This document shows positions 9,130 through 19,017 of a DNA stretch of 64,000 nt, in pieces. The notes beneath the pieces are model-generated. The model saw only the letters and a list, made by a program, of their open reading frames with translations. It did no database searches and was not told the DNA's origin. Source of the stretch: an uncultured Verrucomicrobiota bacterium. GTDB lineage: Bacteria > Verrucomicrobiota > Kiritimatiellia > Kiritimatiellales > Tichowtungiaceae. A program made the translations under genes and the position numbers. The DNA is taken from assembly GCA_964455665.1 (NCBI GenBank), contig CAYVYL010000002.1:2140-66139 (forward strand). Reading direction: 5' to 3'. Position 1 is the stretch's first letter; the number at the start of each line of letters is the position of its first letter.

Positions 9130-10482
9130 CTACCTTCTTCCGGACTTGAGCTTTCCTTTTTTAAGGAAACCGTCGTAGTGGCGCATCAACAGGTGCGACT
9201 CAATCTGTCGCATGGTGTCGAGCATCACCCCAACCATAATCAGAAGACTGGTTCCACCGAAGAACTGAGCGACCATGCCAGGAATCCCGAACTGTTTGGA
9301 GACGATACTCGGTAAAACAGCAATGATTGTAAGGAACAGTGCACCGGCCAGCGTAAGGCGAGTCATCGTGCGATCCAAAAATTCTGCGGTGGGGGCTCCA
9401 GGGCGAATACCGGGGATGTATCCCCCATGTTTTTTCAGATCATCAGCGATCTGAATAGGGTTGAACTGCGTGGCAACCCAGAAGTAGGAGAAGAACAAAA
9501 TCATCAAACCGAACACGCTCATATAAAGCGGAGTTCCGTAGTTCAGGGCTGCGCCAATCTGCTTGGCGGTGTCCCAGGGCATCATGTTGAAGATCTTGGA
9601 CGGGAACATCAGGATGGCCTGAGCAAAGATGATCGGCATGACACCGGCGTAGTTAACACGTAGCGGCATGAAGGTGTGCTGTCCGCCGTAGACTTTGCGT
9701 CCGACGACGCGTTTAGCGTACTGCACGGGGATTTTCTGTTGAGCCTGCGTCACAGCGACCACCCCGGCGATCACGGCCAGAATCATGATGCCCATCGTTA
9801 CCGCCATGAAGGGGGACTGACGAACAACCCCGTCTACCGGTTTAAACATATTGATCATGGCACCCACTGCGGCCGGAAGACGGCTGATAATGTTAACGGT
9901 GATAATCATGGAAATCCCGTTGCCGATTCCGCGTTCGGTCATCTGCTCACCAAGCCACATCATCAAGAGCGTGCCGGTGACCATGGTCATAGTGGTCAGC
10001 AATAGGAAGCCGAGGCCGGGAATCTGGACAATCGCGGGATTGAAAAAGCCAAGTCCGTTGGTCATGAGCGCTTTGGCCAGAATAAAGGCCTGAAACGCAC
10101 AAAGAACGACGGTGAGATAGCGGGTGTACTGGGTGATTTTGGCCCGTCCGGACTCGCCTTCACGGGCGAGTTTTTCAAGAGCCGGAACCACGGCGGTCAT
10201 CAGCTGAATGATGATGGACGCGCTGATGTAGGGCATGATACCGAGCGCACCGATCGCACAGTTTTTGACCGCGCCACCGCTAAACAGGTTGAACATGTCA
10301 AGGAATCCGACCCCCCCCCCGTTCGCCGCGGCGTTTTCAATGGTCCGGGTGATCATTCCGAAGTCGACACCGGCGATCGGAATGTTCGCCAGCAGACGGC
10401 AAAGAAAGATAATCCCAAAAGTAAATAGGATGCGCTGGCGCAGTTCCTGAATTTTAAAACTGTTTACGAAAGCGGAAAACAT
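9130..10482 (-). CDS. secY: Preprotein translocase subunit SecY
   Basis: 450-aa polytopic membrane protein with conserved SecY blocks (GIMPYISASII, GEQMTERGIGNGISMI). Position follows rplO. Confidence 0.95.
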   Translation of the reverse strand: MFSAFVNSFKIQELRQRILFTFGIIFLCRLLANIPIAGVDFGMITRTIENAAANGGGVGFLDMFNLFSGGAVKNCAIGALGIMPYISASIIIQLMTAVVPALEKLAREGESGRAKITQYTRYLTVVLCAFQAFILAKALMTNGLGFFNPAIVQIPGLGFLLLTTMTMVTGTLLMMWLGEQMTERGIGNGISMIITVNIISRLPAAVGAMINMFKPVDGVVRQSPFMAVTMGIMILAVIAGVVAVTQAQQKIPVQYAKRVVGRKVYGGQHTFMPLRVNYAGVMPIIFAQAILMFPSKIFNMMPWDTAKQIGAALNYGTPLYMSVFGLMILFFSYFWVATQFNPIQIADDLKKHGGYIPGIRPGAPTAEFLDRTMTRLTLAGALFLTIIAVLPSIVSKQFGIPGMVAQFFGGTSLLIMVGVMLDTMRQIESHLLMRHYDGFLKKGKLKSGRR

Positions 10483-10508
10483 CGGTACACCCCGTTCGAC
10501 TTAATGGT

Positions 10509-10949
10509 TTATACGGTTTCGCAGGATCCACCAGCGGCTTCGATCTTTTCTTTGGCCGTGGCGCTGAACGCATTAGCTTTGATCGTGAGCTTCTTGCTGA
10601 TTTCACCATTGCCGAGAATTTTAATTCCGTCGAAGCGGCCCTTCACAAGACCGGCTTCACGCAAAACGGCTTCGGTGACTTCCGCACCGTCGTCCAATTT
10701 GTCGAGCGCAGTCAGATTAACCGGGGCGAAGACCTTGCGGTTGATATTTTTGAACCCGCGCTTCGGAATACGGCGGGACATAGGCATCTGGCCCCCTTCA
10801 AAGAGAGGTTTGTGTCCAGAACCAGAGCGGGACATCTGCCCCTTCTGACCACGGGCGGAGGTTTTTCCTTTACCGGAAGCGCGTCCACGGCCCACGCGTA
10901 TTTTGCGGTGGGTGGAACCTTCTGCCGGTTTAAGTGTATGCAAATCCAT
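10509..10949 (-). CDS. rplO: 50S ribosomal protein L15
   Basis: 146 aa, [12 protein letters not shown]...[11 protein letters not shown], the L15 N-terminal signature. Operon position fits. Confidence 0.95.
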   Translation of the reverse strand: MDLHTLKPAEGSTHRKIRVGRGRASGKGKTSARGQKGQMSRSGSGHKPLFEGGQMPMSRRIPKRGFKNINRKVFAPVNLTALDKLDDGAEVTEAVLREAGLVKGRFDGIKILGNGEISKKLTIKANAFSATAKEKIEAAGGSCETV

Positions 10950-10967
10950 TTTAAGTTCCTCTTGCTT

Positions 10968-11471
10968 TTATTTCCCGCGAGCGGCGAGAGCCTCTTCCCG
11001 TGTACGCAGGGAGTCGAGGGCGGCCATAGTCGCTTTGGTTACGTTCAATTTGTTGTTGCTACCTAGCGATTTCGCGAGCACGTCGCGCACACCGGCCAGC
11101 TCGAGCACCGCACGACAGGAACCGCCGGCGATCACACCAGTACCTTCAGACGCCGGACGCAGCAGAACCTGCGCGCCGCCAAATTCACCGATCACTTTGT
11201 GAGGAATGGTGGTGCCTTTCATGGTAACCGGTTTCATCGCGCGTTTGGCGGTTTCGCCCCCTTTGCGGATGGCATCGGCAACCTCGTTGGCTTTCCCAAG
11301 ACCGCAACCGACCCGGCCTTTGCCATCGCCAACTACAACCAGTGCACCGAAGCTGAAACGACGGCCACCTTTAACCACTTTGGAGTTGCGGTTGATGTGA
11401 ACCACGCGTTCTTCGAACTCGGGTTTCTTTTTTTCTTTTTTGTCGAATTTTTTGTTGAATTTTTCTCTCAC
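10968..11471 (-). CDS. rpsE: 30S ribosomal protein S5
   Basis: 167 aa with [10 protein letters not shown] and GTGVIAGG motifs. Operon position fits. Confidence 0.95.
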   Translation of the reverse strand: MREKFNKKFDKKEKKKPEFEERVVHINRNSKVVKGGRRFSFGALVVVGDGKGRVGCGLGKANEVADAIRKGGETAKRAMKPVTMKGTTIPHKVIGEFGGAQVLLRPASEGTGVIAGGSCRAVLELAGVRDVLAKSLGSNNKLNVTKATMAALDSLRTREEALAARGK

Positions 11472-11488
11472 GTCGGGCTCTCCTGATT

Positions 11489-11830
11489 TTAAAGTTTGAG
11501 GCCGGCTTCACGGGCGCTGTCAGCCAACGCACGCATACGCGAACCGAAGGTGAACCCGCCACGGTCGAAGACCACTTGGGTGACGTCTTTCGCCTTGGCG
11601 ACCTCGGCCGCTTTGGTTCCCAGCTCTTTGGCCGTCTCGACGGTACATTTGCCGCCCATCGAAGAAACGGAGCAGAGTGTTTTCTGCGCCACGTCGTCGA
11701 TGATCTGGACATAAATGTAGCGGTTGGAGACATATACAGCCATGCGCGGACGCTCGGCGGTTCCCTTTACTTTGTTCCGCAAACGAAGGTGTCTGCGCTT
11801 CCGATAATCTGTTTTGTTTTTGACCTTCAT
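11489..11830 (-). CDS. rplR: 50S ribosomal protein L18
   Basis: 113 aa, [12 protein letters not shown]...[18 protein letters not shown], ending in FDRGG. Confidence 0.95.
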   Translation of the reverse strand: MKVKNKTDYRKRRHLRLRNKVKGTAERPRMAVYVSNRYIYVQIIDDVAQKTLCSVSSMGGKCTVETAKELGTKAAEVAKAKDVTQVVFDRGGFTFGSRMRALADSAREAGLKL

Positions 11831-11832
11831 GA

Positions 11833-12372
11833 TTACGCCACTGCCTTACCTTCTTTACGACGGATCTGCTCGCCTTTGTATTTAACGCCTTTTCCCTTGT
11901 AGGGCTCAGCCGGCGAGAACAGGCGAATGCGCGCGGCAACCTGTCCGACGAGGGCCTTGTCGTGCCCTGAGACTTTAACTTCTACTCCCGCCTTGTCGAC
12001 CTCAACAGTGACGCCGACCGGGATTTCATACTTAATTTCATGCGAGAAACCGAGAGCCAACACGCAGGTGGTTCCCTGCATCTGCGCTTTATAACCAACC
12101 CCGCTGATCTCCAGCTGTTTCATGTAGCCTTCAGTGACGCCAATAACCATGTTGTTAATGACGCTGCGGATGGTTCCGTGCAGAGCGCGAGCCTTTTTGG
12201 TTTCGTCTTTACGTCCGACGATCACCTGATTGTCTTCCACGGCCACCGTGACGAGGGCGGGGATTTCCCAGGCGTTTTCGCCTTTGGATCCCTTGACCGT
12301 TACGGTCGACCCGGCAACCTTCACTTCCACTCCGGAAGGGATCGCGATGGGTGTTTTTCCTATTCTAGACAT
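11833..12372 (-). CDS. rplF: 50S ribosomal protein L6
   Basis: MSRIGKTPIAIPSGVEV N-terminus. ATG at 12372 with GAGGAA upstream; the longer ORF start was rejected. Confidence 0.93.
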   Translation of the reverse strand: MSRIGKTPIAIPSGVEVKVAGSTVTVKGSKGENAWEIPALVTVAVEDNQVIVGRKDETKKARALHGTIRSVINNMVIGVTEGYMKQLEISGVGYKAQMQGTTCVLALGFSHEIKYEIPVGVTVEVDKAGVEVKVSGHDKALVGQVAARIRLFSPAEPYKGKGVKYKGEQIRRKEGKAVA

Positions 12373-12392
12373 CGTTCGTTCCTCGTTTGAAA

Positions 12393-12791
12393 TTACCAAA
12401 TGTAGCAAAGCACTTCGCCGCCCACATGGGCCTTGCGAGCAGCCGAATCACAGAGAATCCCCGTAGAGGTGCTCAAGAGGGCAGTACCGATTCCGCCCAG
12501 CACACGCGGCACGTCGTCGGCACCGACATAATGACGGCGGCTAGGACGGCTAACACGGCGCAGGCCCTGAATAACCGGCTTCTGGTCTTCCATATATTTC
12601 AGGTAAAGAACCAGCGTCGGTTTTCCATCGATCTTCTCGGTGGTGTAGTCCTTGATGTAGCCCTCTTCTTTGAGGATGCGAGCAATTTCGCTTTTCATCT
12701 TGGAGTGCGGAATCTGAACCTTATCGTGCTCGGCCATGTTGGCGTTGCGGATGCGGGTCAGCATATCAGAAATGGGGTCGCTCAAAATCAT
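12393..12791 (-). CDS. rpsH: 30S ribosomal protein S8
   Basis: 132 aa, DPISDMLTRIRNA signature. Its ATG overlaps the rplE stop (ATGA). Confidence 0.95.
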   Translation of the reverse strand: MILSDPISDMLTRIRNANMAEHDKVQIPHSKMKSEIARILKEEGYIKDYTTEKIDGKPTLVLYLKYMEDQKPVIQGLRRVSRPSRRHYVGADDVPRVLGGIGTALLSTSTGILCDSAARKAHVGGEVLCYIW

Positions 12792-13348
12792 TGTTGTTCA
12801 CCTTTGCTTTTCTGTTCAAACGGCATCCCCATCAAAGTGAGCAGTTCAAGGGCTTCGGGGTCGGTCTTGGCGGTCGTGACAAAGGTTACATCCATGCCGT
12901 GAATTTTCTTCACGTGATCCGGATTGATTTCCGGGAAGATGATCTGCTCGGTCAAGCCGACGGAATAGTTTCCGCGACCGTCGAAAGAGGATGCGGGAAT
13001 TCCACGGAAGTCGCGGATACGCGGGAACGCCACATTAATGAGCCTGTCAAGGAACTCATACATGCGGGCGCCGCGAAGTGTGACTTTACCTGAAAGGGCA
13101 ACCCCTTCGCGCAGTTTGAAGTTTGAAACGCTCCGTTGGGCATTGATCATCATCGGACGCTGCCCAGTGATTTTCGCCAGATCAGCCAGCACCGCCGTGA
13201 GTGCGTCACGGTCGTACTGCATCCCTACGGATACGTTAATGGCAATCTTGGAGATCGCCGGGACCTGCATGGGGTTCGCGTAGCTGAACTTCTTCTGAAG
13301 TTCCGGAACCACCTTTTCACGATACTTGGTTTTCATTGTCGGGGTCAT
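12788..13348 (-). CDS. rplE: 50S ribosomal protein L5
   Basis: MTPTMKTKYREKVVPELQKKF and FRGIP motif. ATG at 13348 lies 11 nt after GAGGAG. Confidence 0.93.
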   Translation of the reverse strand: MTPTMKTKYREKVVPELQKKFSYANPMQVPAISKIAINVSVGMQYDRDALTAVLADLAKITGQRPMMINAQRSVSNFKLREGVALSGKVTLRGARMYEFLDRLINVAFPRIRDFRGIPASSFDGRGNYSVGLTEQIIFPEINPDHVKKIHGMDVTFVTTAKTDPEALELLTLMGMPFEQKSKGEQQ

Positions 13349-13388
13349 ATTAACGCCCACTCCTCGTAAATGGTTTGGTGTTGTTTAG

Positions 13389-13613
13389 TTAGTCTGTCTT
13401 CTTCAAATTTGAAAGATGGATCGGGGCCTCTTTTTCAAAGACTCCACCCTGAGGGTTATCCTGTGTCTTCCGCATATGTTTCTTAACGAAATTCAAACCT
13501 TCCACCAGCGCGCGGCCGGTTTCGGGGATTACCTGGAGCACTTTGCCCGCTTTGCCATTGTCGTCGCCGGCAATGACCTTAACGGTGTCACCTTTTTTAA
13601 TTTTCGATGCCAT
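13389..13613 (-). CDS. rplX: 50S ribosomal protein L24
   Basis: [25 protein letters not shown] (KOW motif). ATG at 13613 with GAGAGGA upstream. Confidence 0.93.
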   Translation of the reverse strand: MASKIKKGDTVKVIAGDDNGKAGKVLQVIPETGRALVEGLNFVKKHMRKTQDNPQGGVFEKEAPIHLSNLKKTD

Positions 13614-13629
13614 AAATCTATGTCCTCTC

Positions 13630-13995
13630 TTAAAGCACTTCCGGCGCAAGCGAAACAACCTTCATAAAGTTGCCGTCACGCAATTCACGGGCCACCGGGC
13701 CAAAGATACGGGTTCCGCGTGGGTTCAGGTTGACGTCAAGGATCACAGCGGCGTTGCTGTCGAACCGCAGTACGGAACCGTCTTTACGACGGATCGGTGC
13801 TTTGGTGCGCACGACAACGGCCTCTAGGACCTCGCCCGCTTTGACCATGCCGTTGGGCTGAGCCTCTTTGACGGTTACTTTGATAATCTCGCCGACCTTC
13901 GCATAGCTACGCTTGGTCTTGAGCACCCGGATGCACATGACGCTTCGCGCGCCTGTATTATCCGCCACATTCAATCTGCTCTGAACTTGAATCAT
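13630..13995 (-). CDS. rplN: 50S ribosomal protein L14
   Basis: [17 protein letters not shown] is the universal L14 N-terminus. Confidence 0.96.
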   Translation of the reverse strand: MIQVQSRLNVADNTGARSVMCIRVLKTKRSYAKVGEIIKVTVKEAQPNGMVKAGEVLEAVVVRTKAPIRRKDGSVLRFDSNAAVILDVNLNPRGTRIFGPVARELRDGNFMKVVSLAPEVL

Positions 13996-14007
13996 TGTAT
14001 TCCTGCC

Positions 14008-14259
14008 TTATTTCGAAAGAATTTCGACAAGCCGCCAGCGTTTCAGACGGCTGATCGGACGGGTTTCCATAATCCGAACAACATCCCCCACTTTGGCGTC
14101 GTTGTTTTCATCGTGCGCATGCACTTTTTTCTGCACGCGAATCTCTTTGCCCAGTAACGGATGCCGAACCCGGCGCTCAATCATTACGGCAATACTTTTA
14201 TTGCTGGCCGCGCTACACACACGCCCTTCACGCAATTTGCGATTTCCTCTAGATTCCAT
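14008..14259 (-). CDS. rpsQ: 30S ribosomal protein S17
   Basis: 83 aa with an S17-like core ([18 protein letters not shown]...HAHDENN..VGDVV.I.E.RP.S). Operon position fits. Confidence 0.93.
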   Translation of the reverse strand: MESRGNRKLREGRVCSAASNKSIAVMIERRVRHPLLGKEIRVQKKVHAHDENNDAKVGDVVRIMETRPISRLKRWRLVEILSK

Positions 14260-14262
14260 GAT

Positions 14263-14463
14263 TTACCCCTCGGCGTTTGCCGCCTGATTCATAATCGTTT
14301 TGATGCGGGCAATGGAGCGCCGCACGCCGCGAATCTGCAGCGGGTTTTCCAGTTGCCCGGACACCTGCTGAAGCCGAAGAGTAAACATCTCCTTTTTCGC
14401 ATCAGCGAGTTGCTCCTGCAACTCCGCGGCCGTCATCTCTGTAAGTTCTTTTGTTTTCTTCAT
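14263..14463 (-). CDS. rpmC: 50S ribosomal protein L29
   Basis: 66 aa, ELTEMTAAELQEQL...LRLQ pattern. Lies between rplP and rpsQ. Confidence 0.92.
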   Translation of the reverse strand: MKKTKELTEMTAAELQEQLADAKKEMFTLRLQQVSGQLENPLQIRGVRRSIARIKTIMNQAANAEG

Positions 14464-14488
14464 TTGAACACTCTCAATTTCAAAATCA

Positions 14489-14902
14489 TTAACCGTGGCG
14501 GGTCACGAAACGAACCCGGATCGGCAACTTCATGGCGGCCAGACGCATGGCGACACGCGCCTGCGATTCGGTGACCCCGTCGAGTTCGAAGAGGATTCGT
14601 CCCGGACGAACGACAGCGACCCAGCCTTCCACTCCGCCTTTCCCTTTACCCATGCGAACCTCAAGCGGTTTCTTGGTATAGGGTTTGTCGGGGAAAATTC
14701 GGATCCAAAGTTTCCCTTTACGTTTCAGATTGCGGTTGATCGAAACACGACAGGCCTCAATCTGAATGTTTGTGATCCATGCGCGCTCCATCGCCTGCAG
14801 ACCGTATTCACCGAACGCAATAGTGGTTCCGGCTTTGGCCATTCCGCGACGGGAGCCCTTCTGGACTTTCCGATATTTAACTCGTTTGGGCATTAAAGGC
14901 AT
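14489..14902 (-). CDS. rplP: 50S ribosomal protein L16
   Basis: [14 protein letters not shown]-terminus and RMGKGKG motif. Confidence 0.95.
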   Translation of the reverse strand: MPLMPKRVKYRKVQKGSRRGMAKAGTTIAFGEYGLQAMERAWITNIQIEACRVSINRNLKRKGKLWIRIFPDKPYTKKPLEVRMGKGKGGVEGWVAVVRPGRILFELDGVTESQARVAMRLAAMKLPIRVRFVTRHG

Positions 14903-14917
14903 TGGTCAATACTCCTC

Positions 14918-15553
14918 TTAAGCTTCCGCCTTTTCGTCCTTCTTACAAATCCATACTTTGATTCCGATTGCACCAGCCACTGTGCGGGCTGTTGCAACGC
15001 CGTAATCAATGTTGGCACGCAGGGTGTGCAGCGGAATTTTGCCTTCCTTATAGCTCTCCGTACGAGAGAGTTCGGCTCCGCCCAGACGGCCACCCGCCTG
15101 CACTTTGATTCCTTCCGCTCCAGTATCCATGGCCATCTGAATGGCGCGTTTCATGGCCCGGCGGAAAGAGACGCGGCGCTCGAGCTGCAAGGCGATGTTT
15201 TCAGCCACCAGCTTCGCGTCCAGATCAGGATTTTTCACCTCATCAATTTCAATATAAACTTCTTTTTTTGTCATCACAGCGAGCTGCTCACGCAGACGCT
15301 CAATGTCCTCGCCCTTGCGACCGATCACCAAACCGGGACGTGCCGTGCGGATAGTCACCCGAACACGGTTAGCGTAGCGTTCAATGAAAACATTGGAGAG
15401 CGCGGCGTCTTTCAGACGGTTCTGAACGGCTTCACGGATACGAATATCCTCCTGAAGCAGGTCTGCAAACTCTTTCTTTCCGGCAAACCAGCGCGAACGC
15501 CAATTTTTGTTTACCGAAATGCGAAGTCCGATAGGATTTACTTTCTGGCCCAA
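14918..15553 (-). CDS. rpsC: 30S ribosomal protein S3
   Basis: [12 protein letters not shown]-terminus with KH-domain blocks. Confidence 0.96.
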   Translation of the reverse strand: MGQKVNPIGLRISVNKNWRSRWFAGKKEFADLLQEDIRIREAVQNRLKDAALSNVFIERYANRVRVTIRTARPGLVIGRKGEDIERLREQLAVMTKKEVYIEIDEVKNPDLDAKLVAENIALQLERRVSFRRAMKRAIQMAMDTGAEGIKVQAGGRLGGAELSRTESYKEGKIPLHTLRANIDYGVATARTVAGAIGIKVWICKKDEKAEA

Positions 15554-15567
15554 AACGATACCCCTTT

Positions 15568-15903
15568 TTATTTACGATCCGTTAAAACGACAGTGACATG
15601 TGATGTGCGCTTGCGGATGGCACTAGCCGATCCACGGGCACGGGGACGAAAACGTTTCAGTGTCGGTCCACCGTCAACATAAGCATCTTTCACAAAAAGC
15701 TGATCCGCGGAGACTCCCTCGTTCGCTTCGGCATTCGCCGCGGCGGACTTAAGCGTCTTGCCGATCTGAGCGGCAGATTTCTTCGCGTTAAACTCGGTGA
15801 TGCGAAGGGCTTCCGCAACTGAAAGACCGCGAATCGCAGAGGCGACACCTCGGGCTTTCAACGCAGACATCCGCACATATTTTGTTGTAGCTGAAACTTC
15901 CAT
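15568..15903 (-). CDS. rplV: 50S ribosomal protein L22
   Basis: [26 protein letters not shown] aligns with L22 N-termini. The GTG at 15957 was rejected. Confidence 0.92.
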   Translation of the reverse strand: MEVSATTKYVRMSALKARGVASAIRGLSVAEALRITEFNAKKSAAQIGKTLKSAAANAEANEGVSADQLFVKDAYVDGGPTLKRFRPRARGSASAIRKRTSHVTVVLTDRK

Positions 15904-16002
15904 GTTTTCACTCTCTATCCGTTTAGCAACCCACCTTTTCGACGCAAAGGCGGTCACTATACGTCATTCTTTTTTCAAATCCAGTACTTCTGTTAAAAAT
16001 GT

Positions 16003-16281
16003 TTATTTAAGCGTCTTATCTGTCGCAATACCGTGTGTGCGGAAGGCGCGAGTTGGCGAAAATTCGCCCATCCGGTGCCCCACCATGTTTTCGGTAACGA
16101 AAACCGATACAAACACCTTGCCGTTGTGCACCATGAAGTTATGCCCGACAAAATCAGGGGCAATCATGGACGCGCGAGCCCAGGTTTTGATCGGCTGTTT
16201 TCTTCCAGACGCTTCCATCTGCTCAACTTTTTTAAGCAGTTTTGCGTCAACGTAAGGACCTTTTTTAAGTGAACGTGCCAT
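16003..16281 (-). CDS. rpsS: 30S ribosomal protein S19
   Basis: [12 protein letters not shown]...HNGK.F..V.V...MVGH..GEF..TR. Confidence 0.96.
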   Translation of the reverse strand: MARSLKKGPYVDAKLLKKVEQMEASGRKQPIKTWARASMIAPDFVGHNFMVHNGKVFVSVFVTENMVGHRMGEFSPTRAFRTHGIATDKTLK

Positions 16282-16284
16282 AAC

Positions 16285-17112
16285 TTACTTCTTTCTCCGC
16301 TCGACGATGAATTGACTCGATGCTTTTTTCGGCTTGCGGGTGCGTTTGCCTTTGGCAAGCGTTCCCCACGGCGAGGTCGGATGTCCGCCCCCGGAGGTGC
16401 GGCCTTCCCCACCACCCATTGGATGGTCAACCGGGTTCATCGCCACACCGCGAACGGTCGGGCGAATTCCTAGCCAGCGTTTACGGCCGGCTTTACCACT
16501 GACAATATTTTCGTGATCAACATTACCGACCCGCCCGATTGTCGCGCAACACTTCGTGCGAATGCGACGAATTTCACCAGACGGCATTTTGATGTTCGCA
16601 AAATCTCCTTCGCGGGACATCAACTGAGCGCTGGTTCCAGCGGAACGGGCGATCTGCGCACCGCAACCGGCTTCCATCTCGATGTTATGGATCGTGGTTC
16701 CCAGCGGGATTTCGGACAGCGGCAACGCATTGCCAACGGAGGGCTCTACGCCGGGTCCGGACAGTAGAGTCGAGCCGACTTCCAGACCGACCGGAGCAAC
16801 GATGTAACTCTTCGCGCCGTCAACATAGTGCAACAGCGCAATGCGCGCAGAGCGGTTCGGATCGTACTCGATCGCGGCCACTTTGGCGGGAATGCCAAAC
16901 TTGTTTCGTTTAAAGTCGATCACGCGGTAACGTCGCTTGTGGCCTCCGCCTTTATGACGAGTGGTCAAACGACCCGAACTGTTGCGTCCACCCGTGCTTT
17001 TTTTCGGGCGAAGCAGCGAGCGCTCCGGTGTGCTTTTCGTGATGGTCTCGAACGCGGAGGTCACCATATGGCGGCGGCTTGGCGTTGTCGGTTTATATTT
17101 TTTCAGTGCCAT
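16285..17112 (-). CDS. rplB: 50S ribosomal protein L2
   Basis: [15 protein letters not shown] and GGGHKRRYR, with [16 protein letters not shown]. Confidence 0.97.
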   Translation of the reverse strand: MALKKYKPTTPSRRHMVTSAFETITKSTPERSLLRPKKSTGGRNSSGRLTTRHKGGGHKRRYRVIDFKRNKFGIPAKVAAIEYDPNRSARIALLHYVDGAKSYIVAPVGLEVGSTLLSGPGVEPSVGNALPLSEIPLGTTIHNIEMEAGCGAQIARSAGTSAQLMSREGDFANIKMPSGEIRRIRTKCCATIGRVGNVDHENIVSGKAGRKRWLGIRPTVRGVAMNPVDHPMGGGEGRTSGGGHPTSPWGTLAKGKRTRKPKKASSQFIVERRKK

Positions 17113-17124
17113 GATTCAAACTCC

Positions 17125-17409
17125 TTACACAAAATCAATTTTGCTGCCTTCAGCAAGCGTCACGACCGCGCGTTTCCATGCGGCGGTGCGACCGAAGCTG
17201 GCTGTGCGTTCGCGTTTCTTTTTGCCCTGACGGTTCATCGTATTCACGGCAACCACCTTGACCTTAAAGAACTCCTCAACCGCCTGCTTGATTTCCAATT
17301 TGTTGGCAGCCGGATTCACGCGGAAGATGTACTTGTTCTCTTCTTCGGTCAGACGGGTGCCCTTTTCGGTCAGCAGGGCCTTATCGATTACCTGATATAT
17401 ATCTTTCAT
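17125..17409 (-). CDS. rplW: 50S ribosomal protein L23
   Basis: 94 aa, LLTEK...F.V...ANK.EIK.AVE..F.VKV..VNT. Confidence 0.93.
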   Translation of the reverse strand: MKDIYQVIDKALLTEKGTRLTEEENKYIFRVNPAANKLEIKQAVEEFFKVKVVAVNTMNRQGKKKRERTASFGRTAAWKRAVVTLAEGSKIDFV

Positions 17410-17423
17410 TGAAAATTCCTCTC

Positions 17424-18047
17424 CTAAGCCAGACGCTGTTCGAGTTTCTCCATCGCCGCTTTGGTGATGATGATCTGCGGATAGCGGACCACCTGATAGG
17501 TGTTCATGTTATCCACAACAACCACTTCCACATCCTGCAGGTTACGAACGGCCAGACAAATGTTGTCATTGAGCTCGCTGATCACCAGCAGCAGCTTGCC
17601 CTGCACCTCGAGGGTTTTCAGCAACGCGGTGATTTCCCGGGTTTTCGGAGCGTCCAGTTTCAGGTCGTCCAGAACCGTCACGCCGCCAGTTGCAGCGCGT
17701 TCGCCGAACGCACGGACAAAGGCCAGACGAGCCGCCTTGCGGGGAAGCTTCTTGCGGACTTTATGCGGATGCGGACCCCATGCAACCGCACCGCCGCGCC
17801 ATACGGGCGACTGACGATAACCGGCGCGGGCGCGGCCCAGACCTTTTTGTTTCCAGGGTTTTGCACCTGTTCCGGCCACCGCACCTTTGCCCTGCGTATT
17901 CGCGGAGCCCTGATGCTGATGCGCCTGATAGTTAATAACCGACTGAAAGACAGCCTGTGAGCCTTTATCGCTCACCGCGAATGTATCGCTCAACGCGACC
18001 TCGCCCAGTGTCTTTCCCTTACAATCTTTAAGTGCCAACGTACTCAT
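17424..18047 (-). CDS. rplD: 50S ribosomal protein L4
   Basis: 207 aa with KPWKQKGLGRARAG motif. Operon position fits. Confidence 0.95.
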   Translation of the reverse strand: MSTLALKDCKGKTLGEVALSDTFAVSDKGSQAVFQSVINYQAHQHQGSANTQGKGAVAGTGAKPWKQKGLGRARAGYRQSPVWRGGAVAWGPHPHKVRKKLPRKAARLAFVRAFGERAATGGVTVLDDLKLDAPKTREITALLKTLEVQGKLLLVISELNDNICLAVRNLQDVEVVVVDNMNTYQVVRYPQIIITKAAMEKLEQRLA

Positions 18048-18062
18048 GTTCGTCCTCTCAAA

Positions 18063-18692
18063 TTATTTCTTTTTGAGCGCTTCGCGCAACACAATGGTGC
18101 TGCCGTTGGCGCCGGGTACGGCACCCTTAAGCAAAATCAAATTTTCTTCAGCACGGACCTGAACCACTTTCAGGTTCTGGACGGTGATACCTGCATCCCC
18201 CATCTGTCCGGCCATCTTCTTGCCCTTGAAAACGCGGGCGGGAGTTTCGCACATTCCGATCGAACCAGCGCGGCGATGCATATGCGAACCATGGGAGGCA
18301 CGTCCACCGGAAAAACCGTGACGCCGCACAACACCCTGGAAGCCTTTACCTTTCGTGACACCTACGACATCAACGAAATTCACCTCTTCGAAAACACCGG
18401 CGGTGAGAATGTCACCCGCTTTGGTTTCGTCATCCGCGCTGACGATCACTTCAGTCAGTTGGCGCATCGGAGCGACACCTGCTTTTTTGAAGTGGCCGAG
18501 AAGCGGTTTGGAAACGCGATGCTCTTTTTGCTCGCCGAAACCGAGCTGAACCGCTTCATAGCCATCGGTCTTAGTCGTTTTGCGCTGCACTACACTGCAC
18601 GGTCCAGCTTCAATCACCGTCACCGGCACTCGACGACCCTCATCATCAAAGATCTGGGTCATTCCTAATTTTTTTCCAATCAAACTTTTCAT
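18063..18692 (-). CDS. rplC: 50S ribosomal protein L3
   Basis: [13 protein letters not shown] and [15 protein letters not shown] motifs. Confidence 0.96.
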   Translation of the reverse strand: MKSLIGKKLGMTQIFDDEGRRVPVTVIEAGPCSVVQRKTTKTDGYEAVQLGFGEQKEHRVSKPLLGHFKKAGVAPMRQLTEVIVSADDETKAGDILTAGVFEEVNFVDVVGVTKGKGFQGVVRRHGFSGGRASHGSHMHRRAGSIGMCETPARVFKGKKMAGQMGDAGITVQNLKVVQVRAEENLILLKGAVPGANGSTIVLREALKKK

Positions 18693-18700
18693 GATTCCAC

Positions 18701-19009
18701 TCAGATTTTAATGGTGATGTCCACACCCGCCGGCAGATTCAGCTTTTTGAGCTCATCCACAGTCTTAATGGTCGGGTCAATAATATCCAACAGACGCTTA
18801 TGCGTGCGGATTTCAAACTGTTCCATCGATTTCTTATTAACAAACGGGGAGCGGTTGACCGTAAACCGTTCGATGCGGGTCGGCATCGGAATGGGTCCGG
18901 CAACACGGGCACCCGTGCGTTTGGCGGCTTCGACAATATCTTTCGACGAAGCGTCCAAGACGCGGTGGTCAAAAGATTTCAGACGTATACGTATGCGTTG
19001 ATTATTCAT
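18701..19009 (-). CDS. rpsJ: 30S ribosomal protein S10
   Basis: [16 protein letters not shown] and GPIPMPT motifs. Confidence 0.96.
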   Translation of the reverse strand: MNNQRIRIRLKSFDHRVLDASSKDIVEAAKRTGARVAGPIPMPTRIERFTVNRSPFVNKKSMEQFEIRTHKRLLDIIDPTIKTVDELKKLNLPAGVDITIKI

Positions 19010-19017
19010 AAATCTCT

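Noticed and set aside
10311-10320. C10 (G10 on the coding strand) homopolymer inside secY as a phase-variation tract
   Set aside because: secY is essential and the tract is in frame (AANGGGVGF), so slipped-strand switching would be lethal. It is more relevant as a sequencing or assembly error hotspot than as biology.
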